Origin: a bacterium
Lineage (GTDB): Bacteria > Eisenbacteria > RBG-16-71-46
DNA: 17,600 bases
Direction of reading: 5' to 3'
NCBI GenBank assembly: GCA_043779265.1
Contig: JAYWEM010000151.1
Span: 1-17,600 of the forward strand
Position 1 is the stretch's first letter. Every line of letters begins with the position of its first letter. The notes under the pieces are model-generated. The model saw only the letters and a list, made by a program, of their open reading frames with translations, made no database searches and had not been told where the DNA came from. Position numbers and translations under genes: made by a program. Shown piece after piece: positions 15,971 through 17,600 of the stretch.

Positions 15971-16043
15971 ATCGGCCGCTGTGGCGGGGCGGACGCTCGC
16001 CCCCTATGCTCATTTCGTCCCAACCCAGCCGGGAGGTTGCGAG

Positions 16044-16958
16044 GTGTTCTTCGAGGATGAGTTGAAGGAGTTGCGGGAGCAACGATTCGCGCCTCGTGCG
16101 GTCCTTCATCATGGACGGCAGATGGCGGCGCGCATCCGCCAGGACCTACTCGCCAATCCCAGCGCGGTGCGCTCGATCGGCTCGCTCGGCACCGCCTACT
16201 TCGCGGCGGCGTTCATCGCGGCGAGCGCCATGGCCCTGCTGTGGGATCGCGACCTGGCGCTGTCGTTCTTCGTCCACACCGCACTGTGGATGCTGGCTTC
16301 GTTCGGCTTCGTGACGCTCGGCATCGGCCTGCTGCGCGACCGGCACGGCCATCGACTGAGCGGCCTGCAACTGCCGCTCGCACTCACGTTGCTGCGGATC
16401 GCGCTCGTCCCTGCCATCACGCTGTTCCTGGTCGAGCGTCACTTCCTGCCCGCGCTGTTGATCTACGTCATCGCCGCGCTGACGGATGTGTTCGACGGCA
16501 TGCTCGCGAGGCGATGGGACCAGACCACCGAACTCGGCAAGGTGCTCGACCCGCTGGTCGACATCGCTTTCAACCTCGCCATGCTCGCGGGGCTCGCGGC
16601 GGCCGACATGATCGCGATGTGGGTGTTCTGGGTCGGCGTGGCTCGCTACGGCATCCTGCTGGTCGGAGGGGTGTCGCTGCATCTCTTCGTCGGACCGATC
16701 CGGATCGAACCGACGCTGTTCGGACGCCTGACCGGAGTGGTGATGACATCGTTGATCGCGCTGTACACCTTGCTGCTCGGCGTGCGCGGCGAACTGGCTC
16801 ACCGGCTCACACCGCTGACCGAGGTGGCCCTCGGCGTGCTGCTGTCGGCGACGGTGGTGCAGGTGCTGCTGCTCGGCTGGTTCAATCTCCGCGTGCTGAG
16901 AGGTCAAGCGCGCGAGGCGAGCCGTGTCGTGGATGATGTCGATTGGAGGGCGGGGTGA
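16044..16958 (+). CDS. CDP-alcohol phosphatidyltransferase family membrane protein (304 aa) with an N-terminal extension
   Basis: GGAGG before GTG16044. Signature DVFDGMLARRWDQTTELGKVLDPLVD matches DxxDGxxAR-x8-G-x3-D-x3-D; several hydrophobic helices. Confidence 0.9.
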   Translation: MFFEDELKELREQRFAPRAVLHHGRQMAARIRQDLLANPSAVRSIGSLGTAYFAAAFIAASAMALLWDRDLALSFFVHTALWMLASFGFVTLGIGLLRDRHGHRLSGLQLPLALTLLRIALVPAITLFLVERHFLPALLIYVIAALTDVFDGMLARRWDQTTELGKVLDPLVDIAFNLAMLAGLAAADMIAMWVFWVGVARYGILLVGGVSLHLFVGPIRIEPTLFGRLTGVVMTSLIALYTLLLGVRGELAHRLTPLTEVALGVLLSATVVQVLLLGWFNLRVLRGQAREASRVVDDVDWRAG

Positions 16959-17479
16959 GCGTGGCGACACTCGAAGGCGATCTGGCGCACTTCTTCCCGT
17001 CCGAGATCCTCCAATTGCTCCAGTTGTCGCAGGCGACCGGGCGACTCGAGTTGGAGCGGGGAGAGGAGCGCGTCGTTCTGCATCACGACCGCGGCCGCCC
17101 GGTGTTCGCCAGCACCAGCGGCCTCGCGGTGCGGGCGGGCGAGGTGCTCATGCATCGCGGTGTCATCTCCTCTGAAGCGCTTTCGCACGCGCTCGAGCGG
17201 CAGCGCCTGGATCCCTCGCGACGCGTCGGCCATCTGCTTATCGAGCAGGGCGAGGCGACGGCCACCGAGGTTCGGGATGCCGTACATGAGGTGCTTCGTC
17301 GCATCGTCTATGGCGTGCTCACGTGGCGAGTCGGCCGGTTCCGATTCGTGCCGAGTGACGTGGCGGTGGGCGAGGACATCCAGATCGACCTCGATCTGGA
17401 CCGTCTCATCCTCGAAGGGCTGCGCTTGGCGGATCATGAGCGGGCCGCGCGGCAACTGCGGGCGTCGGAGCAGGACTGA
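16955..17479 (+). CDS. DUF4388 (PatA_N-like) domain protein with embedded MshEN-like motifs, about 174 aa
   Basis: GTGA overlap with the upstream stop and GGAGG upstream. LEGDL...EILQLL...TGRLEL, W-x-x-G-x-F-x-F and LILEG are typical DUF4388 elements; also RAGEVLMHRGVISSEALSHALERQ and RVGHLLIEQG. Confidence 0.82.
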   Translation: MSVATLEGDLAHFFPSEILQLLQLSQATGRLELERGEERVVLHHDRGRPVFASTSGLAVRAGEVLMHRGVISSEALSHALERQRLDPSRRVGHLLIEQGEATATEVRDAVHEVLRRIVYGVLTWRVGRFRFVPSDVAVGEDIQIDLDLDRLILEGLRLADHERAARQLRASEQD

Positions 17480-17600
17480 ACGGGCCGCGAGTTTCGGGCA
17501 CCGCCCGCTGTTCACTTCGGCTCAACGAGCTCGCCACCCAGTCCGATTTGACTGCCGGATGGGAGCAGGTGCCGGTATGCTCCCAGCCCCCCCCGCTGGC

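Noticed and set aside
15986..16010. 6-bp hairpin GGGGCG/CGCCCC and a TATGCT -10-like hexamer before the phosphatidyltransferase gene
   Set aside because: A stem this short is expected by chance at this GC content, and there is no convincing -35 element.
17548..17581. TTGACT...TATGCT as a sigma70 promoter
   Set aside because: The spacer is 22 nt, outside the normal 16-18 nt range.

Overview
A GC-rich bacterial chromosomal segment with 11 co-directional (+ strand) genes and no mobile elements, CRISPR, rRNA or tRNA. A sigma70-like promoter (TTGACC-N17-TAACCT, 90-118) precedes two large paralogous lipoproteins built from repeated beta-sandwich units with a W-x-G-x-D-x-D-G motif, and a small secreted protein with a T9SS-CTD/FlgD-Ig-like C-terminus. 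Next come a class 3 (Rhizobium-type) L-asparaginase, a secreted S8 subtilase with a FlgD-Ig/CTD-like tail, a secreted M16 (insulinase-family) pair, ppdK, a GT2 glycosyltransferase, a CDP-alcohol phosphatidyltransferase and a DUF4388/MshEN-like protein. High GC together with CTD-type sorting domains suggests an FCB-related lineage such as Ca. Eisenbacteria; this is inference only. The most interesting signals are (1) the uncharacterised lipoprotein-lipoprotein-CTD envelope module and (2) an M16 pair in which both subunits lack the HxxEH zinc motif, one of them fused to a LolA-like domain. Several strong intergenic hairpins without U-tracts are also present. All family calls come from motif recognition by eye; no searches were run.
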